Assembly: GCA_024405635.1 (NCBI GenBank)
Contig: JAKSOL010000005.1
Coordinates: forward strand, 1-64,000
Reading direction: 5' to 3'
Length of the DNA: 64,000 nucleotides
Source: Salinivirgaceae bacterium
GTDB taxonomy: Bacteria > Bacteroidota > Bacteroidia > Bacteroidales > SZUA-534
Within the stretch, counting starts at the first letter, position 1. Each line of letters opens with the position of its first letter. Below the pieces are notes generated by a model. That model worked only from the letters and a program-made list of their open reading frames with translations. It made no database searches and had not been told where the DNA came from. This document shows, in pieces, positions 39,821 through 49,271 of this stretch. A program made the position numbers and the translations under genes.

Positions 39821-40705
39821 ATGTCGGCAAACAATTGGATATCGGGCAAATACAGCGTTGCCATTTGGACATGGGCGCTATTCTCGCTCATAGGTTTTGC
39901 CATGTGGGCCATTCGCGACATACGCTACTTTGCACTATTTGAGTGCATTGGCACAAGCGAACTAATTGCCCGATCGATAGTAATAAAACATCCAAGCACC
40001 CGCCAATTGGTGCGCCGACTTATACAGGTTTTTGTTGGCGGAATGCTGCTAATTATGGTCAGTTTGATTTTTTGTGTCAACTTTCAGTTTATCGAGATTT
40101 TTTTTGATTACCAAGCAGCTGTTGTAACTGGCGCTTTTATACAACTTGTAATTGCAAGGCTAATCATTCCATTTATATTCGGCAATGCGTTTTGTTCCCG
40201 AGCATGTTGGGATGGTGCTGTTTTTGAAGCCATTAACGGATTAGCTCACTGCAGCAAACCAACACCACGCAAACCTTGGTTAGCATGGAGTTACCTTTTG
40301 TTGCTAATTATAATATCAATAGTAATTGTACACATAGCAACCAACCCAGCCACTGACGATGCTTTGCGCCGCAAATGGATAATAGGAGAAAATTTATTTA
40401 TCTGGGCAGTTGGTTTTGCCTTATCATTTGTACTAGGAAGCAGAGCATACTGCCGCATGCTTTGTCCGTTTTTAACCATTTCAAGCCAACTATACCGATT
40501 TTCGTTTTTAAAAATAACACCCATCAAATCAGCCGACTGCATAAACTGCAACAAATGCAACAAAACATGCCCAATGCTAATTGATGTGCACAAATCGGTT
40601 GTTAAGAAAAGTAAAATTGACAACAACACTTGCATTTTATGCGAACGATGCGTTAGTGCTTGCCCTAAAGGCGTGCTCGATGTAACCTACAAGCATGCCG
40701 AATAA
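39821..40705 (+). CDS. Membrane-bound 4Fe-4S binding protein (polyferredoxin/NapH-like)
   Basis: TM helices, CSRACW and CRMLCP motifs, two CxxCxxCxxxCP ferredoxin motifs. Confidence 0.85.
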   Translation: MSANNWISGKYSVAIWTWALFSLIGFAMWAIRDIRYFALFECIGTSELIARSIVIKHPSTRQLVRRLIQVFVGGMLLIMVSLIFCVNFQFIEIFFDYQAAVVTGAFIQLVIARLIIPFIFGNAFCSRACWDGAVFEAINGLAHCSKPTPRKPWLAWSYLLLLIIISIVIVHIATNPATDDALRRKWIIGENLFIWAVGFALSFVLGSRAYCRMLCPFLTISSQLYRFSFLKITPIKSADCINCNKCNKTCPMLIDVHKSVVKKSKIDNNTCILCERCVSACPKGVLDVTYKHAE

Positions 40706-40714
40706 GAAAGGTAT

Positions 40715-41230
40715 TTAAAACAACTCTCGAATCTCGTCCTTAAGACAAGCCAATGCCTTTACAGTTGGATCTTTTCCCTCTGTCATCATTGTCTCAAGAA
40801 TAAGTTTGCTTAAATGAATTGAAGGCTGATTTGGCTTTACCAATAATGCAACCCTATTAATAAGCAACACACAGCCATCTTTTGCCATGCGCACTTGCTC
40901 CCAAGCATTGTCGCTTATGTATAGTTGTTGCGTAAGGTTATGGTCAAACTCGCTGCGAATAGTTTTAAGCATCAGCAATTGAAAATCGCTACACGACATG
41001 CCTTCTTGCTGGCAACGCATAACCAAAGCATTAGGTTGAATACGCTCAAGCAATAACACCATACGCTCGTAGGCTTGCAAACGTAACGGAGCAATAATTT
41101 TCTGATTATCGCGAACCGCCTCTGACTTTAACTTCAAACGTTCGTTTACTAAAAACTTATGCATCACCAAATATGTTGCCAAAAAGGTAAACAACGCGGG
41201 TAATGTATATTTTAGGACTTCTTCAACCAT
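40715..41230 (-). CDS. Conserved Bacteroidota membrane-anchored hypothetical protein
   Basis: N-terminal TM; PLRLQAYERMVLLLERI, IRSEFDHNLTQQLYIS; ATG 41230 behind a TACATTTG -7 box (41254-41261). Confidence 0.75.
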   Translation of the reverse strand: MVEEVLKYTLPALFTFLATYLVMHKFLVNERLKLKSEAVRDNQKIIAPLRLQAYERMVLLLERIQPNALVMRCQQEGMSCSDFQLLMLKTIRSEFDHNLTQQLYISDNAWEQVRMAKDGCVLLINRVALLVKPNQPSIHLSKLILETMMTEGKDPTVKALACLKDEIRELF

Positions 41231-41284
41231 AAAGCACAAAATTTAATAGAATGCAAATGTAAGCAAAGAGATGTTTGTTTAACA

Positions 41285-41323
41285 AAAACGGCTGCAACCG
41301 ACAATATCGATTGCAGCCGTTTT
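41285..41323 (-). terminator. Terminator after siaC
   Basis: 13-bp perfect stem aaaacggctgcaa / ttgcagccgtttt. Confidence 0.8.
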
Positions 41324-41344
41324 ATGATTATGATGCTCGTGCAA

Positions 41345-41716
41345 TTAAATTTGAACCATTTGGAATGGAACTTTGATGATAGATTGGTAATCTTCACCAG
41401 CTTCCAACATATCCTCATCGTCCTCCTCGTAGTGCCAAAGAACTAATACATCGTTGTTGCTTTTATAAATAGCCTCAAGTTTTTTGAACACATCAAGAAT
41501 ACATTTTGAACTACTAGTATTGAAATACTCAAGTTTCATATTCACTTCAGTCAAAGCTGCAGGTGATGAAAAATATGCCTCCAACCAATCAATAATTGGT
41601 TTGTAGAACTCAACCGAATTCTCTGGAATAGAACGTCCTTTTAGTTCCAATTTACCATTTGGATCCAAAGTAACCGATGGAGTTTTTGCTGAACCTTCAA
41701 TAATTAATGATTCCAT
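41345..41716 (-). CDS. siaC: SiaC-family regulatory phosphoprotein (DUF1987)
   Basis: TPSV, GRSIPEN, EYFNTSSSK, WHYEEDDEDMLEAGEDY. Confidence 0.88.
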   Translation of the reverse strand: MESLIIEGSAKTPSVTLDPNGKLELKGRSIPENSVEFYKPIIDWLEAYFSSPAALTEVNMKLEYFNTSSSKCILDVFKKLEAIYKSNNDVLVLWHYEEDDEDMLEAGEDYQSIIKVPFQMVQI

Positions 41717-41736
41717 ATTAGTTTTTTTTAAGATTA

Positions 41737-42273
41737 TTATTCTGTTATTAGTATATCCGTTGAAAATAGTGTCATATTATCTGGCACTTGAATAAACTCA
41801 CATTTTAGTTTGTTGCTCGATTTGCGGGCCATATCTATCAATCCTAAGCCACCTCCACCTTTTTCAGAAAAGGTTTGGTTGCTCAAAACATCTTTGTAAA
41901 AAGCACGTAAACCATCTTTGTCTAACGAGTTTATTTTTTCTATATGTTTTTCAAGAAACAAGGTTTGCTTTTGTGTAGCATAGTTACACATTTTAATATG
42001 GTAACTATTTCCGTCGCTCACCATAGCGCATACTCCTATTCTAATTTCTTTGCCATTACGAAATATTGGAGAAGCATGGAAGAACAAATTTTGCAAACAT
42101 TCAACCATAATGTTGTAGGCTTTTTTCTTGATTCCTTGCGACAGATCTTTGGTTTGAGCCTCAACACGAACCATAGAATCCTCAACTATTCCATCGCCTA
42201 TTTCGCCACGGAATGCAAAGATTACTCCATCTTTTACGTGTTCGTTATACCAATCGTCTATCTCTAAAGCCAT
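41737..42273 (-). CDS. siaB: SiaB-family protein kinase (DUF6272, GHKL-like)
   Basis: MVECLQN, SEKGGGGLGLIDMARKS; adjacent to siaC; TATATTTG -7 box at 42294-42301. Confidence 0.82.
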   Translation of the reverse strand: MALEIDDWYNEHVKDGVIFAFRGEIGDGIVEDSMVRVEAQTKDLSQGIKKKAYNIMVECLQNLFFHASPIFRNGKEIRIGVCAMVSDGNSYHIKMCNYATQKQTLFLEKHIEKINSLDKDGLRAFYKDVLSNQTFSEKGGGGLGLIDMARKSSNKLKCEFIQVPDNMTLFSTDILITE

Positions 42274-42387
42274 TTATCACAAATGTTAGCACACAAATAT
42301 ATTAAATTTATAATACATCGTCTTTTTCAAACTGCGTTTAGCGTCAAACAACTTTTTATTTTTATCAACAAAGCAAAACCATACCTA

Positions 42388-43902
42388 TTAATAATGCTCC
42401 ATCAAATTTTTATTTGTGACTTGAGCGCCGCGCACATAATCGCCCGAAACATTTTGTCGTTCAACATTATACAGCATCGACTCTACAAGATTTGCATCAT
42501 ATTGCGTTGGTGCTATTGCAAAATCTGGCAAATTGTACGATTTTAGTTCTTGGTCGTAATAATCGCGTGGGTTTTGTTGTGGAAGAAGAAAAGCCTTGCC
42601 TGCATTTCCTTGTTCATCGATATGGGCTAAATAAGGCAGCGAAAAATATCCGTCATCGCGACGAGAGGTGAATACTATCCACCGAGAGTTTGATGACCAA
42701 TTGTGGTACGATTCGGTATTAGTTGAGTTTGCTAGTACAAGAGGATGTGTCTCTTTGGTTTGCAAATTGTATATCCACAAATCAGCCTCAGGGTGCCAAA
42801 TCGCAAACTGCCCATAATTAGCCAATGTATAAAGTATAAACTTGCCGTCGTACGATGGTTTTGCCCATGCGATTGATTTACCCTGAGAGCGTGCATCAAT
42901 CAAAGTATCAACAGTTTGACCAAATTCGCCTGTTTCAGCATCAAAAGCAATTGAGCATAGAACATATTTTACTTTGTCGTAATTGATTTCAAAAGTATCG
43001 CAAGGGGCAGCGGTATTGAAATACATTGTTTTGCCATTGGGCGAAAAGGTTGGAGACGACTCAAAGTATTTGGTTTGCAAAAGCGGAGACGAAAGCAGTT
43101 TGTTTGTTTCGATATCAAGCACTACAACATCTGACTCTAAATCGAACACTTCAATTTTCTGATTATCAGCAATAAAATACACTTGCCGTGTTGCATTTTG
43201 GCTATATCCAACATATCGTCCGCTGGGGTGCCAATACGAATATACGCAAGGTAAAGCATCGGCCTTGGGTTTCAAATTATACGCTTTGTAGTCGTTTCCT
43301 CTACGAATAATTGTTGCACCATGAGCGCCTCGAAAGTGTGTGCTTGAATAGCGAGTGTCGCATTGTTTCGATGTATGACAATTCATGCACCCTCCTACTA
43401 ATTGCTTATCGGAATATATGGTTGACACTTCAAAATTTGACAAGTTGCGCTCAACAACCTCCATTGGACTAAAATATCCATATCCTGGAGCAATAAGCCT
43501 ATAGTGCAAAGCATAATCGATGCTATCGGCACTTATGTAAATAGGAAATTTTTTGAATGTTTGCCAATTTCCCTCTTTCAAAGCACTAACACTCACCAAT
43601 ATACTATCGCCCACATTTTCAGCAAGAAGTGTGTGCCATTTTGCCTCATTTATGTCGATGCATTGCGCTCCTGAACAAGTTAATTGCAATTTTTTTCCAC
43701 TAAAAGTTGCGCTAATAGCCTCAACTGTTGAATCTTGTAATTGAAAGTTCAGCGGTGCAATTGTTGATGGAACAGTTACAAAAGTGTAGTCGGGATATAT
43801 TGTCGGAAATTGGTCAACTTGTTGTGCATTTTTTACCTCAAAACTGCTGCAAGCCACAAACAAAAACGCCAAAAGAACAAACTGCAAGTATTTCATTATC
43901 AA
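42388..43902 (-). CDS. Lipoprotein with TolB/PD40-like beta-propeller and a CxxCH motif
   Basis: Lipobox FVAC; PTIYPDY..VTVP..IAPLNF; GCMNCH; YWHPSG, PTFSPNG, YHNWSSNSRWIVFTSRR. Confidence 0.8.
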   Translation of the reverse strand: MIMKYLQFVLLAFLFVACSSFEVKNAQQVDQFPTIYPDYTFVTVPSTIAPLNFQLQDSTVEAISATFSGKKLQLTCSGAQCIDINEAKWHTLLAENVGDSILVSVSALKEGNWQTFKKFPIYISADSIDYALHYRLIAPGYGYFSPMEVVERNLSNFEVSTIYSDKQLVGGCMNCHTSKQCDTRYSSTHFRGAHGATIIRRGNDYKAYNLKPKADALPCVYSYWHPSGRYVGYSQNATRQVYFIADNQKIEVFDLESDVVVLDIETNKLLSSPLLQTKYFESSPTFSPNGKTMYFNTAAPCDTFEINYDKVKYVLCSIAFDAETGEFGQTVDTLIDARSQGKSIAWAKPSYDGKFILYTLANYGQFAIWHPEADLWIYNLQTKETHPLVLANSTNTESYHNWSSNSRWIVFTSRRDDGYFSLPYLAHIDEQGNAGKAFLLPQQNPRDYYDQELKSYNLPDFAIAPTQYDANLVESMLYNVERQNVSGDYVRGAQVTNKNLMEHY

Positions 43903-45681
43903 CTAATTTCTTGAAGATGTAAACATATAATACCAAACAGTGTTAGCATATCCATTTTCAAGTACTTGTGCTGCTGTATGCTGATTTTTTTGGTATGTAT
44001 TCATAAAAAACTTAAACCTATTTAAGTTTATTTGCGACACTGTATATGGCATCGAATTAAAATTTGGATGCGACATTGACCAAGCCAACAACAATGCCTC
44101 TTGATAAACCTGCGGCAATTCGGAAGCCTGTTTTGCGTAGTTGACAAAAGCTGGAATGAATTCGTTCAAATTTTTGTCGAACAAAAAATGCGTTAACAAA
44201 TAGTCCCACGCCATGCGATTTTGCGGATTGTGCAAAACCAATTCAACTATTGTATTGCTATACTGCTCATCTGATACAAAGTTTTTGTCTAGTTTATAGC
44301 TTTTAATTCTTCCGTACTCGCTATTGCTGTCAAAATTGGTTTGCTGATTGCAATATGCAAGCCGCTCGGTTGCCCATTTTTTGTAAAAAAGTGTATGTTG
44401 CAAATGACGCAGATATTTAGCTGCCGATTTCCAATCGCCATTTATCATATCAATCTCAGCTATGCGCATTGTGTAGCGAGAACTTAAATATCCGTTTGGA
44501 ATTGCATCTTGCGACTCGCAATAATGATGACGAGATAGATGCGTAAGTCCAAGATAGTAAAACACTTCGCCTGCTGCAATAGACATTGTATGGTGACGCA
44601 TAAAGGGGACATAAAGGCTTGGCGAACCTTGCGGATCAAAGTTGAAAGCCCTTGCTGATAGTTGATTGGTTTGCGCAAGAGCCAAGTTAAGGTAATTTTG
44701 ACCTATAAACCAAACAGGTAACCGTTTATCGGCCAATGCAACAATCTGCGACCATTTTTTTTGTCGGCAAAGGCAATCGTATTCCAATAATTGTTCGCGG
44801 TCTTTGTCATAACTAATTGTTACAGAAGCTGTTCCCCCAAGCAAAACCGCAACCAATATCACAACCGATATTATTTTTTCTTTTTTTGTATCGATAGGAA
44901 TAAACCTTACCAAAACAAATGTTGCAATTATCACAAACACTGTTACATATAGCATTGTGGGGAATTCGGTTGGAATACGCATATAATATATGCCTTTTAG
45001 GAACAAACCGATGCTATGCGAACCTAGCATGCGCGAAATGCCAACTGCCGAAACCCATACAATTAAAGCAATGCAAGACCACAATAAGGCCGATGACATT
45101 TTAATTCTTTTCGAAGAATAACAAACTGCAACACAGCCAAATAAAACGACAAACATTGCTGCAGTACCTGCCAAATAGTAATCAACCAAACCTACAACTA
45201 TTGCGCTAATTGTAAGCAATTGCAAATTATTGATATTAAGCACTATGCGCAAACCAATAAGCCCCATAACCAACGCTACTAACGTTGTTGGCATAGTTTC
45301 GTAATAATCTAAAACGCAATAAGCAGCAACCGATGGCACAAAACTAGCAAGGAAACCGCTATTGGTATTAGAAATTGTTTTGATAACGCAATGAGCAAGA
45401 CTCTGCACCAAAACGACCAACATAGCCACAATTGCTGCGCCTAACCATTGTATTACAAAGAATTGCGTTAGAAATTGTGACACATAATCGGCAAAACCAC
45501 CAACATTGAAGGCTGTGTTGCAAAAGAACTTTGGTGTAAACAAAAAGAGCTGCAACTGCTCATGATAATTAAGTTGGCCCCAATGAAGAAAACGCCATAA
45601 CAGGCATACAACTACAAACCAAGCAACCGTTATAGTTCTTTGCAACAATTTATTCTTCATACCAAAACAATTAACGGTCAT
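43903..45681 (-). CDS. DUF6057-like integral membrane protein with C-terminal TPR-like domain
   Basis: YHEQLQLFLF, GGFADY.SQFLTQF, ~9 TM, YLNLALA, HTLFYKKWA, NRMAWDYL. Confidence 0.75.
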   Translation of the reverse strand: MTVNCFGMKNKLLQRTITVAWFVVVCLLWRFLHWGQLNYHEQLQLFLFTPKFFCNTAFNVGGFADYVSQFLTQFFVIQWLGAAIVAMLVVLVQSLAHCVIKTISNTNSGFLASFVPSVAAYCVLDYYETMPTTLVALVMGLIGLRIVLNINNLQLLTISAIVVGLVDYYLAGTAAMFVVLFGCVAVCYSSKRIKMSSALLWSCIALIVWVSAVGISRMLGSHSIGLFLKGIYYMRIPTEFPTMLYVTVFVIIATFVLVRFIPIDTKKEKIISVVILVAVLLGGTASVTISYDKDREQLLEYDCLCRQKKWSQIVALADKRLPVWFIGQNYLNLALAQTNQLSARAFNFDPQGSPSLYVPFMRHHTMSIAAGEVFYYLGLTHLSRHHYCESQDAIPNGYLSSRYTMRIAEIDMINGDWKSAAKYLRHLQHTLFYKKWATERLAYCNQQTNFDSNSEYGRIKSYKLDKNFVSDEQYSNTIVELVLHNPQNRMAWDYLLTHFLFDKNLNEFIPAFVNYAKQASELPQVYQEALLLAWSMSHPNFNSMPYTVSQINLNRFKFFMNTYQKNQHTAAQVLENGYANTVWYYMFTSSRN

Positions 45682-46492
45682 CGCGCATTAACCACATTGG
45701 GTCATTCATGTGTGTAGCAGGATCTAAATCTTGCATTTGACCAATGTTGCGTTCAAGCTCATTTATTTCCTTGTTTTGCTGCTCGTTCAGCTCCTCGCAA
45801 ACGCCATGTTTATATGTGTAAAGGCGATCAAAACCGCCACTAGTTTTATAAATCTGCCACGAGCCCTCCATTAAATCGTTAACATACTTGCCTTTTTTGT
45901 GTAACACACCCGACTCGTAATACATTTTTCCCTCGCCGTGCAACTTGCCATCAACATAAGGCACCTCAAACTGAACTTGCCCGTTGATGTAATAACGTCG
46001 CCAAATGCCGTTTTTTACACCATGAACCCAATCAATCTCCTCAAACTTTTTGCGTTCTGAAGTAAATTGAGTAGATCTGCCATGTAATAAGCCATCTTGA
46101 TAGTTTTCTTGTAAATAATAAACTCCTGTTGCTGCGTAATAATTCCAAGTACTATCTTTTTTGTGATTCAAATAACGACCTTTAGCGCTTACTCGGCCAT
46201 TGCGATGGTAGAATGTAACATCGGCATCTTTTCCTTCGTTTTTATAAAACAGGTGAGCATACAAATCGCCATTACGAGTGTATCGCTTAAAATCGCCAAC
46301 CGGTTTATTATCAACAAAATAAGCCTCATATTCAACAACACCGTTGGTATATTTTTTTACCCAATGGCCTTGTTTAAGTCCGTTGATATCAATGTAGTTG
46401 AGCAAAGTATCGCCCTCTTGTCCAACGTTTTGCGCCTTAGCTCCAAAGGCAAATGACACCACAGCTACAAGCGCTAAAAATGTATGTTTCAT
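45671..46492 (-). CDS. Secreted MORN-variant repeat protein (YwqK-like)
   Basis: Signal peptide from MKHTFLAL (ATG 46492); repeats of G.W..YY.NG.....G.Y..G.L.G. Confidence 0.8.
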   Translation of the reverse strand: MKHTFLALVAVVSFAFGAKAQNVGQEGDTLLNYIDINGLKQGHWVKKYTNGVVEYEAYFVDNKPVGDFKRYTRNGDLYAHLFYKNEGKDADVTFYHRNGRVSAKGRYLNHKKDSTWNYYAATGVYYLQENYQDGLLHGRSTQFTSERKKFEEIDWVHGVKNGIWRRYYINGQVQFEVPYVDGKLHGEGKMYYESGVLHKKGKYVNDLMEGSWQIYKTSGGFDRLYTYKHGVCEELNEQQNKEINELERNIGQMQDLDPATHMNDPMWLMRDDR

Positions 46493-46612
46493 AATGGAAA
46501 TGCGGTTTTTAATTGGGGTAAAAATAATTAAAGAACCGATAGTTGGAGAAAAATCACTGGGCATTATTTAATACCCATTTTGCTTTGCCTAAAAAAACGG
46601 CATTCAATTCTT

Positions 46613-47188
46613 CTAAACAAACGTTTTGATTATCAGTTTAATATCACCAATCAAGGTGTGATTTTCATAATAATCAAGATTTATCTTAACCTTATCGGGA
46701 TAAATAACTTCATTATTGTATTCTATTGGATTACTGACCTTTGCAAGCAATTGTTCCTCGTTTTTGTATTTGATTGATGCAGGACCAGTTATACCCGGCC
46801 TCAGTTCCAAAATTTTTCTGCTATCACCTTCAAGTTTATCAGCATAACCAGGCACATCAGGACGTGGACCAACAAAACTCATATCTCCAATAAGAACATT
46901 CCAAAGTTCCAACAATTCGTCAAGTTTGTATTTACGCAAAAACTCTCCTATTGGAGTTATTCTTGATTCGCCTTTAACCGATATTGTAGAACCTTGATGT
47001 CCGGTTTTCATTGTTCGGAACTTGTATATAGTAAATGGCTTAGCAAAACGGCCAATACGCACTTGCTTATAAACAACCGGTTCTGATACCGATGTTACTT
47101 TTATTGCTACGGCAATAATTATCAACACGGGCCACAAAAAAAGCAAGCCTACAAGCGACATTGTTCTATCAAAAATCCATTTTGCCAT
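46613..47188 (-). CDS. Bacterial sugar transferase (monotopic phosphoglycosyl transferase, PglC/WcaJ C-domain type)
   Basis: KWIFD, YKFRTM, RITPIGEFLRKYKLDEL, GDMSFVGPRP, RPGITG. Confidence 0.93.
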   Translation of the reverse strand: MAKWIFDRTMSLVGLLFLWPVLIIIAVAIKVTSVSEPVVYKQVRIGRFAKPFTIYKFRTMKTGHQGSTISVKGESRITPIGEFLRKYKLDELLELWNVLIGDMSFVGPRPDVPGYADKLEGDSRKILELRPGITGPASIKYKNEEQLLAKVSNPIEYNNEVIYPDKVKINLDYYENHTLIGDIKLIIKTFV

Positions 47189-47381
47189 TTATTGCACTAT
47201 TATATAAAAGAAATACCATGTTAGTCCATTAACTTAATGATTTCCACTCGGTGCAAAAGAAAACAAAAAGCATCGTACCACAATAATCACTTAATAAAAA
47301 GAGTCATTAAAAGCTTACGATTAATCGTCGATGCGACACTCAATGACAAAAAAAGTTTTGATTTGTGAAAATTATTTTGCT

Positions 47382-49238
47382 TTATGCCTCAATCGAATTT
47401 GTTTTAAATGCTTCCAAATCAGAAGTTTTTCTTTGTTCCACAAAAGGCAAGAACGACAGGAACACGAACAACGGGAAACTGAAATGGCTACTGCCACTGA
47501 ACATGCAGAAGAACATGCAGCAAAGGTACATAATGAAAAATATGCCCAAATCGGACCTTTTCTTCCAATATAGCCACAAACTCATCGCCAGGAACCATAT
47601 GTAAACAACACCACCAATAATGCCCGAATACAAGAATGCCGAAATAATTGGATTATGAGGGAAATCGTATCGTTTTGGATTATTGTAGAATTTTTCGCCA
47701 TACCATTCCAAATAGTCAAAACCATGACCGAATATTTTTTGTTTCCAGTTGTATTTGGTTTGCCAAAGTTCCCAAGCATATGACCAACGGTCGGTGCGGG
47801 GTGCAATAAAATTATTTTTGGAACTTGCAGATTTTTTGAATGTTAATTCATCAATGAACATTGGCAATCCTATAGTATCATTACATTCCATCTTGATATC
47901 TTTTATATCTACTATGGTTTGAGGTTGTAAAGAATTTAAAAAACATATGGCATTACTTTGATTTTCAGCAAATTCATGAGATGTAAAGTAAGAGTACCAT
48001 CCAGACTGATCAAGTGTGACCGTTGCTGGAGTATTCCTAATAAATTTTCCATCTTCCTCTATTTCCCACCCCACACTAAATGGAAGTCCGCCACCCTTGA
48101 TTATTCTATATTTGAAAGAAATACTATATGTTAGATTTTTATGATAATATATTGGTCTACCAATGTAATATAGTTGCCAAAAACCATTTCCGCTATTTCT
48201 ATTAATCCTAATAAATCTAGAATTTACAGAGTCTGTAATGACATTCATGCTTATGTCATCATTATTTGATTGTATACTACTCCAATATTTCAAATCATCA
48301 TAGAAATCAGAATTATAAAACAAATTATTGCAATCGTGAATCTCGTTTTCCCAATCAACTTTCCCATATGTCAATTTGTTTTGAAATGTAGGCAATGATG
48401 TTTCTGGGCTAAAGAATGTATACACTTTATAGTATTTCCAAAACAAAGGAGAACTTGTATTTAAAGACGACCTATTAACATTGTAATGATGTAATGCAAT
48501 AGCAGTGGCAATCACAATGCAAGCAATGGTTGATAGTACCATATATTTGTACATCTTAATGATCTTTTTCTTTTCAAATGCTATTAATAACAAATAATAT
48601 ATAATCATTATTCCGTACAATATATATCCTCGTCTAGATGCGCTGAACAATATATTTATTGACGATATAACTGTATTTATTACAAATATTCTCTCCGAAA
48701 TCTTTTGAATAGAAAGAAGATAGATTGATATTGGGATTGTCAGCAAAAAATATAGCGAGTAAAAATTATTGTCCAATGTCAAAGGAAAAGAATCCGATTC
48801 GAACAGAAATTTTGGATATGGAATATCAACACCGACAAGTGTCAAAATTGATCTAGTTATAGCAATCACACCAGCTATATCTACAAACAACATAATCTGT
48901 TTAAAAAAAACAGCACCATGTTTATGTGGTTCAAATAAAAACAGGAGAAAAATCGTAACAAAAAGATTGATAAATTCCTTTATAAGCAAGGGCCGTTTTG
49001 AAAAATTGCAACAAAAAATCACGACAACCAATATCGCAGAGATAAACGATAGAAATTGATTACGTGTTACATGCCATTTAATTTGGGCTGTTTTGTTATA
49101 GCATATATATATTAATGGTAATACAGATGCAAAGAAAAAATACTTGTACCCAAGGAAAATCGTTCGCACAAAAAACAACACTACAATCAGTGTTATAATG
49201 TATGATCCATTATTGTCTATAAATTTCTTGACCCTCAT
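47382..49238 (-). CDS. O-antigen ligase-family (WaaL/Wzy_C) membrane protein with inserted soluble domain
   Basis: Multiple TM, SASRRG, R..RW, IFGHG, PHNPII...SGIIG motifs. Confidence 0.75.
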   Translation of the reverse strand: MRVKKFIDNNGSYIITLIVVLFFVRTIFLGYKYFFFASVLPLIYICYNKTAQIKWHVTRNQFLSFISAILVVVIFCCNFSKRPLLIKEFINLFVTIFLLFLFEPHKHGAVFFKQIMLFVDIAGVIAITRSILTLVGVDIPYPKFLFESDSFPLTLDNNFYSLYFLLTIPISIYLLSIQKISERIFVINTVISSINILFSASRRGYILYGIMIIYYLLLIAFEKKKIIKMYKYMVLSTIACIVIATAIALHHYNVNRSSLNTSSPLFWKYYKVYTFFSPETSLPTFQNKLTYGKVDWENEIHDCNNLFYNSDFYDDLKYWSSIQSNNDDISMNVITDSVNSRFIRINRNSGNGFWQLYYIGRPIYYHKNLTYSISFKYRIIKGGGLPFSVGWEIEEDGKFIRNTPATVTLDQSGWYSYFTSHEFAENQSNAICFLNSLQPQTIVDIKDIKMECNDTIGLPMFIDELTFKKSASSKNNFIAPRTDRWSYAWELWQTKYNWKQKIFGHGFDYLEWYGEKFYNNPKRYDFPHNPIISAFLYSGIIGGVVYIWFLAMSLWLYWKKRSDLGIFFIMYLCCMFFCMFSGSSHFSFPLFVFLSFLPFVEQRKTSDLEAFKTNSIEA

Positions 49239-49271
49239 TTAACCATAATAATATGAATTCTGATTGCATAG

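Noticed and set aside
45671-46492. YwqK-like antitoxin implying a toxin-antitoxin pair
   Set aside because: No toxin neighbour; secreted MORN-repeat proteins are common in Bacteroidota.
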